Positions 33,852-44,944 of a DNA stretch of 64,000 nucleotides are shown here, in pieces. Both the position numbers and the translations under genes were made by a program. The number at the start of each line of letters is the position of its first letter. Within the stretch, counting starts at the first letter, position 1. Source of the DNA: an uncultured Acidobacteriota bacterium (GTDB taxonomy: Bacteria > Acidobacteriota > Vicinamibacteria > Vicinamibacterales > 2-12-FULL-66-21); assembly GCA_963810305.1 (NCBI GenBank), contig CAWEMY010000017.1:350219-414218 (forward strand). The letters run 5' to 3'. Under the pieces are notes generated by a model. That model worked only from the letters and a program-made list of their open reading frames with translations, was not told where the DNA came from and made no database searches.

Positions 33852-34361
33852 ATGCTCCTGCGAGCCGTGTGTACGGTCAGCATCGCGATCCTCTTATTCG
33901 TCGAACCCGCCCCGGCGTCCGACGTCGTCGATCTAGCGGCGAGCCTGATCGGCCGGCCGTATGTCTGGGGAGCTGAAGGTCCCGACGCGTTCGACTGCTC
34001 GGGGCTCACTCAATATGTGTTTCGGGAATTCGCGCTGGATCTGCCGCGGCGCGCTATCAGCCAGTCGAAGGTCGGCGATCGGATCGGCGCTGGGCTCGAG
34101 CGGGGCGATCTTCTGTTCTTTTCAAGCGACGCCGGCGGATCCCTGGTCACGCATGTCGGCATCTATGAAGGGCGCGGTCGCATGATCGAAGCCAGCAAGC
34201 GATCTGGCCGCGTGCGCCGGAGCGAGTTCGATGATGCTTACCTGGTCCAACGGTTCTTGTTCGCGAGGCGCGTTCTCGGCAACCCGCAGCTGGCGCGTGG
34301 AGGCAGCGACGGACGAGATGAAGAAGTGAGGGTCCCACCGCAGCGCAGAGAGAGAGCGTAA
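33852..34361 (+). CDS. NlpC/P60 (C40) cell-wall peptidase
   Basis: Signal peptide, GRPYVWGA, FDCSGL, GDLLFF, HVGIY. Confidence 0.93.
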   Translation: MLLRAVCTVSIAILLFVEPAPASDVVDLAASLIGRPYVWGAEGPDAFDCSGLTQYVFREFALDLPRRAISQSKVGDRIGAGLERGDLLFFSSDAGGSLVTHVGIYEGRGRMIEASKRSGRVRRSEFDDAYLVQRFLFARRVLGNPQLARGGSDGRDEEVRVPPQRRERA

Positions 34362-34535
34362 AAGCGTGGTGCGGACGGCAGCCGCTCGAGCGCTCGAGGA
34401 GTTCGCAGGGATTCTGCTTCGGCGTCCTCGTCGGTGAGTAATGTCGTCCCCTGCGCTATTGATTCCCGTCAGCGAAGCGGGCTCGCCACCCCCGGCATCA
34501 TATGCGACCGGCGTAAGGTCGGGCGAAAGCGCCGA

Positions 34536-34563
34536 GAACAGCGCCATTCCGTCGCTCGTCTAA
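34536..34563 (+). promoter_or_regulatory. Putative ECF-sigma promoter (copy 1)
   Basis: GAAC-N17-CGTCTAA, 6 nt before GTG 34570; same geometry at 37182-37209. Confidence 0.5.
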
Positions 34564-34569
34564 CTGGGA

Positions 34570-37097
34570 GTGCGGACAATGGACCGTCTGAAGGCTGTGG
34601 ACCGTGGACTGTGGACCGGCTGGCTCGAGCCGCTGTGGCAGGACGTCAAGTATGGCTGCCGCATGCTCGCGAGCTCCCCGGCATTCACCATCGTCTCAGT
34701 CCTCTCGCTGGCGATCGGTATCGGCGCGAACAGCGCGATTTTCAGCTTCGCGGACGCGCTGCTCTTGCGGCCGCTCCCGGTCGCGCGACCCGGCGAGGTT
34801 GTCACCGTGGGCTCGACCGCATCTCTCGAATCGCTCGGGGCCAGCTCCCTGGTGTCCTCGTATCCCGATTACGTCGACATCCGCGACAACAGCAAGAGCT
34901 TCGAAGGACTCGCCGCGTTCTCATATGTCACCGCCGGCTTCACCAGCGATCCAAAGGCGCCGCCAAAACTGAAGATGGGAATGCTGGTCAGCGACAACCT
35001 GTTCTCGCTGATGGGCGTCGAGCCGACCATCGGACGCGCATTCACGCCCGACGAGCATCGTGTCCCCGGCCGCGACGCCGTCGTCATTCTCGGCCGCACG
35101 ATGTGGGAGCAGGACTTCGGATCGGAAAGCGCCGTGCTCGGCCGCCCCGTGCGCATCAATGGTCACGACTTCACGGTCATTGGTGTGGCGCCGCCGTCAT
35201 TTACCGGCATGAATCAGTACGTGCGCAGTGATTTCTTCGTGCCGTTGATGATGTCGGCGCGGCTTCTCGCCGATCCGAAGACGGCATCGCTCCAGGCACG
35301 CGACGCGAGAAACCTGACGCTCAAAGGCCGCTTGAGCGCCGGGGTGTCGCAGGCGCAGGCGCAGACCGAGCTGACGTCGATCGCGGCGAATCTCGCGCGG
35401 GAGCATCCGGACACGAACAAGAATCGTGGTCTCGCCGTACGCACCGAGCTGCAAGCGCGGATGTCGGAGAGTCCGCCGGACGCGATGCTCATCGCGATGC
35501 TCTCGACGCTCGCCTTCGCGGTGTTGTTCGTCGCGTGCGCGAACGTCGCCGGGCTCCTCACCAGTCGCGCCCCGGTCCGCGCGCGCGAGATGGCGCTGCG
35601 GCTCGCCATCGGCGCCAGACGCGGACGGTTGGTGGGTCAGCTCGTGACCGAGAGTCTGCTCATCTCCGTGCTGGGCGGCGTGCTCGGTCTGGGGATCGGC
35701 TATGCGGGCATGACGCTGTTTCGGCAGATTCAGCTGCCAACCGATCTCCCGATTACACTCTCGTTCCAGCTGGATCAGCGGGCGCTCATCTTCAGCCTCA
35801 TCGTCGCGGTGACCAGCGCGGTGCTGTTCGGCCTCGTGCCGGCTATCCAGGCAACGCGCACGGATCTCACGGCGGTGATGAAGGCGGGCGACGCCGTGGC
35901 GCCCAAGCGCCGCCGCCGCTGGGGACGCGCGGTCCTCGTCGTCGGTCAGGTGGCAGTGTCGGTGGTCCTGCTCGTCGTCGCGATGTTCATGTATCGCGGC
36001 TTCCGCGAGCAGATCGTCAGCGGTCCTGGCTATCGCACCGATCACCTGCTGATGATGGGATTCGACACGACGCTCGTGCGCTACTCGGAGCCGCAGTCGG
36101 AGCAGTTCTTCCAGCAACTCGCGGAACGTGCGCGCGCGCTCCCGGGCGTCATCACCGTCACGCTGACGACGGCCATCCCGATGTCGACCGACTCGCAAGA
36201 GTTCGTGACGATTGCACCTGAGGGCTTTCAGTTCCCGGAGGGCAGGGAGAACGTCACGGTGCTCTCATCGGGAATTGACGAGCACTATTTCGACACCCTG
36301 GCGATTCCGCTCGTGCAGGGCCGCAACTTCACCGAGGATGACGATCTCGGCGCGCCGCGCGTGGGAATCGTGAATCAGCAGCTCGCGCAGCACTACTGGC
36401 CGAATCAGGATCCGATCGGCAAGCGGATTCGCATGAACGACGAGGAGAAGTCCTGGGTCCAGATCGTCGGCGTGGCGAAGACGGCCAAATACCTCTTTAT
36501 CGCCGAACCGCCGTCGGACTTCGTCTATCTGCCGTACCGCCAGCGCAAGCCGCAACGGATGATCATGGTCACGCAGTCTGCCGGCGATCCGGCATCGCTC
36601 GCGGCCCCCTTGCGCGAGGTCGTCCGGGGCCTCGACGTCAATCAGCCGATCTTCAACGTGAGGACGATGGCGGAGCTCTACCGGATGCGGGCGGTGAGCG
36701 TCTTCAACGTGCTGATCACGATGGTCGGCTCGATGGGCCTGATGGGTCTGGGCCTCGCCATCGTCGGACTCTACGGCCTCGTCGCATACGCGGCGACCAG
36801 GAGGACAGAGAGATCGGGATCCGCATGGCGATCGGGGCCAACCGGACGACGGTGTTGCGGATGGTGCTGAGGCAGGGGATCGTGCTGGCGCTCGTGGGAC
36901 TCGTCATGGGCCTGGTGGCGAGCGTGGGCGCGGGAGAGTTGCTGGCGGCGGCGTTTCCGCAGGGGAACGATCAGAGGGACGTGCTTGCGCTGGTCCTGGT
37001 CACCCCGATCGTGCTGGCGGTGACCTTGCTGGCGGTGTACATCCCGGCGAGGAGGGCCTCGAGGGTCAATCCGATGCAGGCATTGAGGTATGACTAA
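34570..37097 (+). CDS. ADOP-type duplicated ABC permease (MacB/FtsX domains), copy 1; 1-nt deletion near 36808
   Basis: WQDVKYG, LAIGIGANSAIFS, ACANVAGLL, REMALRLAIGA, PARRASRVNPMQALRYD; acagag here vs acgagag in copy 2. Confidence 0.92.
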
Positions 37098-37181
37098 GAC
37101 GTGTCGGAGATTCGTCAGAAGCGCGCTCGTTGTCCCCCGGCATCATACGCGACCGGCGTAAGGTCGGGCGAAAGCGGCCGA

Positions 37182-37209
37182 GAACAGCGCCATCACGTCG
37201 CTCGTCTAA
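37182..37209 (+). promoter_or_regulatory. Putative ECF-sigma promoter (copy 2)
   Basis: GAAC-N17-CGTCTAA, 6 nt before ATG 37216. Confidence 0.5.
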
Positions 37210-37215
37210 CACGGA

Positions 37216-39744
37216 ATGCAGACAATGGACCGTCTGAAGACCGTGGACCGTGGACTGTGGACCGGCTGGCTCGAGCGGCTGTGGCAGGACGTCAAGTATG
37301 GCTGCCGCATGCTCGCGAGCACCCCGGCATTCACCATCGTCTCCGTCCTCTCGCTGGCGATCGGCATCGGCGCGAACTGCGCGATTTTCAGCTTCGCGGA
37401 CGCGCTGCTCCTGCGGCCGCTCCCGGTCGCGCGACCCGGCGAGGTCGTCACCGTGGGCTCGACCGCATCCCTCGAATCGCTCAGGGCCAGCTCGCTGGTG
37501 TCCTCGTATCCCGATTACGTCGACATCCGCGACAACAGCAAGAGCTTCGAAGGACTCGCCGCGTTCTCATATGTCACCGCCGGCTTCACCAGCGATCCAA
37601 AGGCGCCGCCAAAACTGAAGATGGGAATGCTGGTCAGCGACAACCTGTTCTCGCTGATGGGCGTCGAGCCGACCATCGGACGCGCATTCACGCCCGACGA
37701 GCATCGTGTCCCCGGCCGCGACGCCGTCGTCATTCTCGGCCGCACGATGTGGGAGCAGGACTTCGGATCCGACAGCGCCGTGCTCGGCCGCACCGTGCGC
37801 ATCAACGGTCACGACTTCACGGTGATTGGCGTGGCGCCGCCGTCGTTCACCGGCATGAATCAGTACGTGCGCAGTGATTTCTTCGTGCCGTTGATGATGT
37901 CGGCGCGGCTGCTCGCCGATCCGAAGACGGCATCGCTCCAGGCGCGCGACGCGAGAAACCTGACGCTCAAAGGCCGCTTGAGCGCCGGGGTGTCGCAGGC
38001 GCAGGCGCAGACCGAGCTGACGTCGATCGCGGCGAATCTCGCGCGCGAGCATCCGGACACCAACAAGAATCGCGGTCTCGTCGTGCGCACCGAGCTGCAG
38101 GCGCGGATGTCGCAGAGCCCGCCGGACGCGATGCTCATCGCGATGCTCTCGACGCTCGCCTTCGCGGTGCTCTTCGTCGCGTGCGCGAACGTCGCCGGGC
38201 TCCTCACCAGTCGCGCCCCGGTCCGCGCGCGCGAGATGGCGCTGCGGCTCGCCATCGGCGCCAAACGCGGACGGCTGGTGGCGCAACTCGTGACCGAGAG
38301 CCTGCTCATCTCGGTGCTGGGCGGCGTGCTCGGCCTCGGGATCGGCTATGCGGGCATGAGGCTGTTTCGGCAGATTCAGCTGCCCACCGATCTCCCGATC
38401 ACACTCTCGTTCCAGCTGGATCAGCGGGCGCTCATCTTCAGCCTCATCGTCGCGGTGACGAGCGCGGTGCTGTTCGGCCTCGTGCCGGCGATCCAGGCAA
38501 CGCGCACGGATCTCACCGCGGTGATGAAGGCGGGCGACGCCGTGGCGCCCAGGCGCCGCCGCCGCTGGGGACGCGCGGTCCTCGTCGGCGGTCAGGTGGC
38601 AGTGTCGGTGGTCCTGCTCGTCGTCGCGATGTTCATGTATCGCGGCTTCCGCGAGCAGATCGTCAGCGGTCCGGGCTATCGCACCGATCACCTGCTGATG
38701 ATGGGATTCGACACGACGCTGGTGCGCTACTCGGAGCCGCAGTCGGAGCAGTTCTTCCAGCAACTCGCGGAACGTGCGCGCGCGCTCCCGGGCGTCATCA
38801 ACGTCACGATGACGACGGCCATCCCGATGTCGACCGACTCGCAGGATTTCGTGACGATTGCGCCTGAGGGCTTTCAGTTCCCGGAGGGCAGGGAGAACGT
38901 CACGGTGCTCTCATCGGGAATCGACGAGCACTATTTCGACACGCTGGCGATTCCGCTCGTGCAGGGCCGCAACTTCACCGAGGACGACGATCTCGACGCG
39001 CCGCGCGTGGGAATCGTGAATCAGCAGCTCGCGCAGCACTACTGGCCGAATCAGGATCCGATCGGCAAGCGGATTCGCCTGAACGACGAGGAGAAGACGT
39101 GGGTCCAGATCGTCGGCGTGGCGAAGACGGCCAAATACCTCTTCATCGCCGAACCGCCGTCGGACTTCGTCTATCTGCCGTACCGCCAGCGCAAGCCGCA
39201 GCGGATGATCATGGTCACGCAGTCTGCCGGCGATCCGGCATCGCTCGCGGCCCCCTTGCGCGAGGTCGTCCGCGGCCTCGACGTCAATCAGCCGATCTTC
39301 AACGTGAGGACGATGGAGGAGCTCTACCGGATGCGGGCGGTGAGCGTCTTCAACGTGCTGATCACGATGGTCGGCTCGATGGGCCTGATGGGTCTGGGCC
39401 TCGCCATCGTCGGACTCTACGGCCTCGTCGCCTACGCCGCGACCAGGAGGACGAGAGAGATCGGGATCCGCATGGCGATCGGGGCCAACCGGACGACGGT
39501 GTTGCGGATGGTGCTGCGACAGGGGATCGTGCTGGCGCTCGTGGGACTCGTCGTGGGCCTGGTGGCGAGCGTGGGCGCGGGAGAGTTGCTGGCGGCGGCG
39601 TTTCCGCAGGGGAACGATCAGAGGGACGTGCTCGCGCTGGTCCTGGTCACCCCGATCGTGCTGGCGGTGACCTTCCTGGCGGCGTACATCCCGGCGAGGA
39701 GGGCGTCGAGGGTGAATCCGATGCAGGCCTTGAGGTATGACTAA
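37216..39744 (+). CDS. ADOP-type duplicated ABC permease, copy 2 (intact)
   Basis: 842 aa, near-identical to copy 1; no ABC ATPase gene nearby. Confidence 0.94.
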   Translation: MQTMDRLKTVDRGLWTGWLERLWQDVKYGCRMLASTPAFTIVSVLSLAIGIGANCAIFSFADALLLRPLPVARPGEVVTVGSTASLESLRASSLVSSYPDYVDIRDNSKSFEGLAAFSYVTAGFTSDPKAPPKLKMGMLVSDNLFSLMGVEPTIGRAFTPDEHRVPGRDAVVILGRTMWEQDFGSDSAVLGRTVRINGHDFTVIGVAPPSFTGMNQYVRSDFFVPLMMSARLLADPKTASLQARDARNLTLKGRLSAGVSQAQAQTELTSIAANLAREHPDTNKNRGLVVRTELQARMSQSPPDAMLIAMLSTLAFAVLFVACANVAGLLTSRAPVRAREMALRLAIGAKRGRLVAQLVTESLLISVLGGVLGLGIGYAGMRLFRQIQLPTDLPITLSFQLDQRALIFSLIVAVTSAVLFGLVPAIQATRTDLTAVMKAGDAVAPRRRRRWGRAVLVGGQVAVSVVLLVVAMFMYRGFREQIVSGPGYRTDHLLMMGFDTTLVRYSEPQSEQFFQQLAERARALPGVINVTMTTAIPMSTDSQDFVTIAPEGFQFPEGRENVTVLSSGIDEHYFDTLAIPLVQGRNFTEDDDLDAPRVGIVNQQLAQHYWPNQDPIGKRIRLNDEEKTWVQIVGVAKTAKYLFIAEPPSDFVYLPYRQRKPQRMIMVTQSAGDPASLAAPLREVVRGLDVNQPIFNVRTMEELYRMRAVSVFNVLITMVGSMGLMGLGLAIVGLYGLVAYAATRRTREIGIRMAIGANRTTVLRMVLRQGIVLALVGLVVGLVASVGAGELLAAAFPQGNDQRDVLALVLVTPIVLAVTFLAAYIPARRASRVNPMQALRYD

Positions 39745-39839
39745 GACCTGACGCTTTGCCCCGCCGCCAGCAGGTGCGCTCATAGCACTGCTGTAAACGG
39801 CCGGCAGTGACGGCAACCATTTGTCCAACCGCCACGTCT

Positions 39840-39865
39840 ATTGAAAATTATTATAATTATTCAAT
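39840..39865. promoter_or_regulatory. AT-rich inverted-repeat operator overlapping the -10 and start codon
   Basis: ATTGAAAATTATTATAATTATTCAAT near-palindrome containing TATAAT (39852-57), 6 nt before ATG 39864. Confidence 0.65.
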
Positions 39866-40472
39866 GAGACGGCCCTCAAAACCGTTCTATATCAAAGAGG
39901 CGCGGAGGGTCCGAGCGGTCGCCACTCCCGTCCGCGCCGCCATGATCGATACCCTCGAAGTGCTGGGTCCGGCGACGATCCTCCAGGTCGCCACGGCGCT
40001 TGGCTATCCGCCTGACGGCCTCTACTACCACTTCGCCGTATTGGAGCGGCACGGGTTGGTGCTGCGTGTCGAGCCGGATCGGCCCACGGGTGCGGCGCGG
40101 TACGACGTGCCCGGGCGGCCGATGACGCTCAGCTATCGCCTGGGCGACCGCGCACAGCGCCGCGAGACCGCCAAAGTCGTCGCCGCGATGTTACGGAGCG
40201 CCGAGCGCAGTTTCGGCCGTGCGTTCGCACCCGGGCTGGCGACGGTTGACGGGCCACACCGGAATCTGCGAGCCGGTCGTCGAACCGCGTGGCTCACCGA
40301 TGCGGAACTGGCGCGCTTGAACCGCTACATCGAACGGATTCATGCGCTCTTTGCGCGCCGGCATCCACGCACGACCCGGGCACGACTTCACGAATTCACG
40401 TATGTGCTCGCGCCGATCGTCCAGAAAGGCCGCCGCCGGGGCGTGGCCCGGCCGAAAGGAGTTCGTTCATGA
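39864..40472 (+). CDS. ArsR-like winged-helix transcriptional regulator
   Basis: ATPVRAAMIDTL..GPATILQVATALG..GLYYHFAVLERHGLV; stop overlaps next ATG (ATGA). Confidence 0.8.
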   Translation: MRRPSKPFYIKEARRVRAVATPVRAAMIDTLEVLGPATILQVATALGYPPDGLYYHFAVLERHGLVLRVEPDRPTGAARYDVPGRPMTLSYRLGDRAQRRETAKVVAAMLRSAERSFGRAFAPGLATVDGPHRNLRAGRRTAWLTDAELARLNRYIERIHALFARRHPRTTRARLHEFTYVLAPIVQKGRRRGVARPKGVRS

Positions 40473-41681
40473 CACGGGCGTCCCTTACGTGCGTTCTGCT
40501 GATCGCGCTCGCCGCGACGCAGACGGGGAGCATCGTCGCGCTGCAGCCGGCGCCGGCGACGACGATTCCATTCGAAGTGGCGAACCGGCACATCGTCGTT
40601 CAGGTCAAAGTGAACAACTCGCGGCCTCTGTCGTTCGTGCTGGATACCGGTGCCAACAGGGCGATCGTTCGGCTCGAGCACGGCCAGGGAGCTCGGGCTG
40701 ACTCTCCACGGAGACGTGAGAACCGGCGGGGCAGGATCAGGAACCGCAGTCCGGGCAGCTTGTGAAGGGGGGGACCTGGTCACTGGTTGGACTCGACGGT
40801 TTCTCTCAGCCGCTCGCGTTCGCGCTGCCGATGCCGCTGCTCTCAGCTGGTCTCGGCCGCAAGATCGACGGCATCATCGGCGGCGAGTTCATCAAGCAGT
40901 TCGTCCTGGAGCTCGACTACCAGGCACGCTCGATCAGGCTGCACGATCGACAGACGTTCCGGTATGCCGGTCCGGGCGAGACGCTCCCGATCGAATTCAC
41001 GCCCGACGGGCACCCGATTGTCGCGGCCACGCTCACGCCGCTCGGCGGAACACCGATCCAGCATCGGTTCCTGCTCGACGTGGGCTCGGGTCTCGCGCTG
41101 GTGATCCACAGCCCGTTCGTGGCCCAACACAACCTCCTCGGGCGCCGACGTCCGCACGATCAGAGCCATCGGCACGGCAGGTGCGGGTGGGGTGTCGGTC
41201 GGGCGCCTCGGACGAGTGGCCGCGTTGCAGATCGGCTCATTCAAGATCGACAACCCGATCGCGCTCTTTTCCCGACGACAAGGCCGGCGCCTTCGCCAAC
41301 GCCTCGCTCGCCGGCAACATCGGCGCGCAGATCGCCAGCAGGTTCCGGATCATCCTCGACTACGGTCGGAACCGCATGATCCTCGAACCGTCGCCCGCGT
41401 TCGCCGAACCGTTCGACCGCGCGATGAGCGGATTGGTCTTGCGAGCCGAAGGCCCGGACTACCGCACCTACCGGGTCAAGGAAGTCCTCGAGGACTCACC
41501 GGCGACCGAAGCGGATATCGCTGAGGGAGACGTGATCGTCTCGATCGACGGAACGGACGCGACGAGTCTGACGTTGACGGCCATCAACGAGTCGCTGGAG
41601 AAGGCGGTGACTCGTGAGGTGACGATCCGCCGCGGCGAGCAGGTCATCAAGCGGACGCTGACGCCCAGGCGTCTGATCTAA
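40469..41681 (+). CDS. Exported tandem retropepsin-like aspartyl protease with C-terminal PDZ (frameshifted)
   Basis: Signal peptide, FVLDTGA, DGIIG, FLLDVGS, AGNIG, DSPATEADIAEGDVIVSIDG. Confidence 0.85.
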
Positions 41682-41693
41682 CTGGAGATCGAC

Positions 41694-42876
41694 GTGCAGT
41701 CCCTTTTGCGAGCCGTGGTGTTTACGACGCTGGCAATGGCTTCCGCGTTCGCTGAGCGCTCGGTTCCAGCGCAGCAGCAACCGGTCGTCTTGAAGGCGCG
41801 AGGCATGATCGACGTCGACGCCGGGCGGCTTATCGAAAACGCCACGGTCGTCATCCAGGGCGACCGGATCGTCGCCGCTGGACGGACTCCCGATGTGCAG
41901 GTACCCGCAAACGCGTCGATCGTGGATCTGCCGTCCATGATCCTGCTGCCGGGACTGATCGACGCTCACGTTCACCTCACGCTGGGAGGAAATCCCGCGG
42001 CGAATGCGCGCGCGACGCTGGATGCAGGATTCACGACAGTGCAGGATCTCGGCGCCGCGGCTTACGGCAACGTGCGTCTCCGGGATGCGATCAAGGAAGG
42101 TCGCGTTCAGGGGCCGCGGGTGGTTGCCTCCGGTCCGTGGCTTGGCATTTCGGGTGGCATCTGCGACTTCAACGGCATCGGCGTCCGCGGCGAGGAGGCG
42201 TTCCGGCAGCGGGTGCGTGACGATGTCGAGCACGGCGCCGATCTGATCAAAGTGTGTGTGACCGGCTGGCTAGCCGAGGCCGTTGAAAGCCCGTCGAAGT
42301 ACGAGATCAGCGATGCCGAGCTGAGCGCCGCCATTGGCGAGGCCCACAGGCATGGCAAGCGCGTCGCCGTTCACGCGTTGAGCGAAGCGGGCATCGGTGC
42401 CGCCGTGCGTCTCGGTGCGGATCTGGTCGTTCACGCGGGGTTCCCCTCGCGCGCGACAGTTGACGCCATGAAAGCGCAGCGGGGTCTGGCAGCTTCCGAC
42501 GCTGTACTCGTTCTCCACCGCGAAGCCGCAGCATCTCGCGGCCGTCGTCACTCACATGCGCCAGGCAGTTGCCGCGGGCCTCCCGGTGGCGGTTGGAACC
42601 GATGCAGGCGTCATTCCGCACGGCGAGAACGCGCGAGAGCTCGAGCGCTACGCGTCCATCGGTCTCGACGCCCCGGCCGCGCTTCGCGCCGCAACGGTGT
42701 GGGCGGCGAGCGCCGTGGGGATGTCCGGCCAGATCGGCGCACTGTCGTCAGGACGCCTGGCGGACGTCATCGGCGTCGAAGGCAATCCTCTCGAAGACCT
42801 CCGGCTTCTGCAGAACGTCCGCTTCGTGATGAAGGAAGGTCGAATCATCAAGTCCGCATCGCCAGCGCCGCGGTAG
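41694..42876 (+). CDS. Amidohydrolase family protein (frameshift ~42482)
   Basis: [43 protein letters not shown]. Confidence 0.9.
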
Positions 42877-42910
42877 CACGCCGACACGTCCGCGGAGAGG
42901 ATCCGTCGCC

Positions 42911-43655
42911 TCACCGGCGCGCCGGCGGCGCGCTGCCGATCGCAAAGATCCGCACCAGCACGACGCCGGCGATGAACCCGCCGATGTGCGCCATGAAGGC
43001 GACGCCGCCGCCCGACTGCGGCCCCTGCCCGATCACGCCGAAGGCGCTGATCAACTGGAGGACGAACCACAGGCCGACGGCCACGTAGCCCGGCACGTCG
43101 GTCAGCATCCGCAACATGAGCACGCGCACGCGCCGGTGCGGGTGCAGCACGAGATAGCCGCCCATCACGCCGGAGATCGCGCCCGACGCGCCGAGGCTCG
43201 GGATGAACGGGTTGTCGCCGAACGCGAAGGTCGAGACGACGTGCGCCAGCGAGGCGAGCACGCCGGTCGCGAGATAGAACGCGAGGTAGCGGCCGTGCGC
43301 CGAGGTCGTCCTCGATGTTGTCGCCGAAGATCCAGAGAAACAGCATGTTGCCGAGCAGGTGCATCAGGCTGCCGTGCATGAACATCGACACCAGCAGCGT
43401 GAGATACACGCGAGCCGGGCGTCGGCTGCAGCGGAATGGTGGCGGACTCGTCGCCGACCTCGATCCGCACGGGCCGCGCGACGTCCTCGCCGGTGCGGAT
43501 CTCCTGCGGCACGGTCGAGAACGTGTACGTGAACTGCTCGTTGGTGCCCATGCCCTGCAGGAACACGAACACCAGCACGTTGAGCGCGATCAGCAGGTAG
43601 GTGACGTACGGCGTCCGACGCCGTCCGTGTTGTCGTCGCCGATCGGAAATACCAT
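42911..43655 (-). CDS. Rhomboid intramembrane serine protease (frameshifted)
   Basis: [41 protein letters not shown]. Confidence 0.9.
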
Positions 43656-43833
43656 CTAGCGACGAGAATACTCCAACGCGGATCGCGGGTCGCGGGGCGC
43701 GGGGCGCGTTCGCCGAGCGCCAGACGATGGTATCGTCGTCGGCTCGAACTGTCTCAGGGCACGGTTCTCGCCAGACACGCCGGAAGACTCGTCCCGCACG
43801 ACATGCGCGACGGGTCTACTGGAGTGATGATCG

Positions 43834-44214
43834 ATGCCCGCCCAAACCCTTGAATCGAGAGTAGAACGCCTGGAGAAGGTCGTGAGCAGACTGGAGCAGC
43901 TTCCGGAACGAATGACGGCACTCGAGTCGCAGATTGTCCAACTTCGGACAGGAATGCGCGATGAGTTTTCTGCCATCCGGCAGGAGGTGCGTGCGGGAGA
44001 CGATGAAACGCGGACGCTGATGCGTCGCTTCGAACGCGGCCGGGCCTCGGTTCGCGAGATGGCTGGTGGAACGATAGCGGAAACCGCGGCGGTGAAATGT
44101 GATTCACCGCGCACGGCCCGGACGACAATGTCCGTGAAACCATCGATCCAGAAGCCTTCCATGGCCGCACCGTATGCCGCGGTGGCTTTGGCCGGCGACG
44201 AACAGGGCCAGTGA
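43834..44214 (+). CDS. Coiled-coil hypothetical protein; 3' part probably chimeric
   Basis: Heptad pattern TLESRVERLEKVVSRLEQLPERMTALESQIVQLR; after ~44025 it reads antisense to the creatininase tail. Confidence 0.55.
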   Translation: MPAQTLESRVERLEKVVSRLEQLPERMTALESQIVQLRTGMRDEFSAIRQEVRAGDDETRTLMRRFERGRASVREMAGGTIAETAAVKCDSPRTARTTMSVKPSIQKPSMAAPYAAVALAGDEQGQ

Positions 44215-44917
44215 CGGCGAGCATCCCCGACGTTTCGCCCACGCCGGCATGCGCGTCGATGCCGAACGACGAGAGTTCAGCAGCGGAGAAGTGCTGAGCG
44301 GCGATCTTCTGTCCGCGCGCCTGCAGTGCCGGATCGGCGCGGAACAGCGCCGTCACGTGCAGCATCGTCACGCCGAACGTTTCGCTGACGAAATCGCACG
44401 CGTCGTTGATCGAAATGTTGTGGCCCGGACCGCTGTGTCCGTTGAGGACGAATATCCACTTGAAACCGTTCTGGGCGGCCTGTCCGCCGATATCGGCGAT
44501 GAGCGAACGCAGTGTAGATCGCCGGATTTCATACGTACCCGGATGTACGAACATGCGGCCGATGTGGTTGGCTCCACTGTTCCCGTAATTCAGCGAGGGC
44601 ATCAACACCACATTCCAGTCGGGCAGTGTTCGGCCGACACGGGCTGCTGCGCCGTTGGCCTCGTGCATCAGACCAAATGTGTCGGCGCCGAGCGGCAGGT
44701 GAGGACCGTGTTCGTGGACGGATCCCACCGGCAGCAGGAACATCGTCTTCTGACGGTCGAGCGCGGTAACGTCCGGATAGGTGAGCTCTTCGAGCTTGAA
44801 GACATTCGGCGTCGATTGGGCACGCCTGCCGCTCTGAGCCGTAGTCGTGTCGCTGGCGGAGAAAGACGCGATGAAAGACACGAGCAGGACAAATACTGCG
44901 CGACCCGGAACGGCCAT
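44020..44917 (-). CDS. Creatininase family protein (frameshifted/damaged C-terminus)
   Basis: Signal peptide, LPVGSVHEHGPHLPLGAD, LNGHSG, DAHAGVGETS; tail SSPAKATAAYGAAMEGFWIDG lies in another frame. Confidence 0.8.
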
Positions 44918-44944
44918 GGATCACCTCGCTCTCGGATGCCGTGC

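Noticed and set aside
43723-43740. Fluoride-riboswitch-like start GACGATGGTATCGTC
   Set aside because: The downstream pseudoknot strand (GCTRATGAYRCC-like) is absent in both copies.
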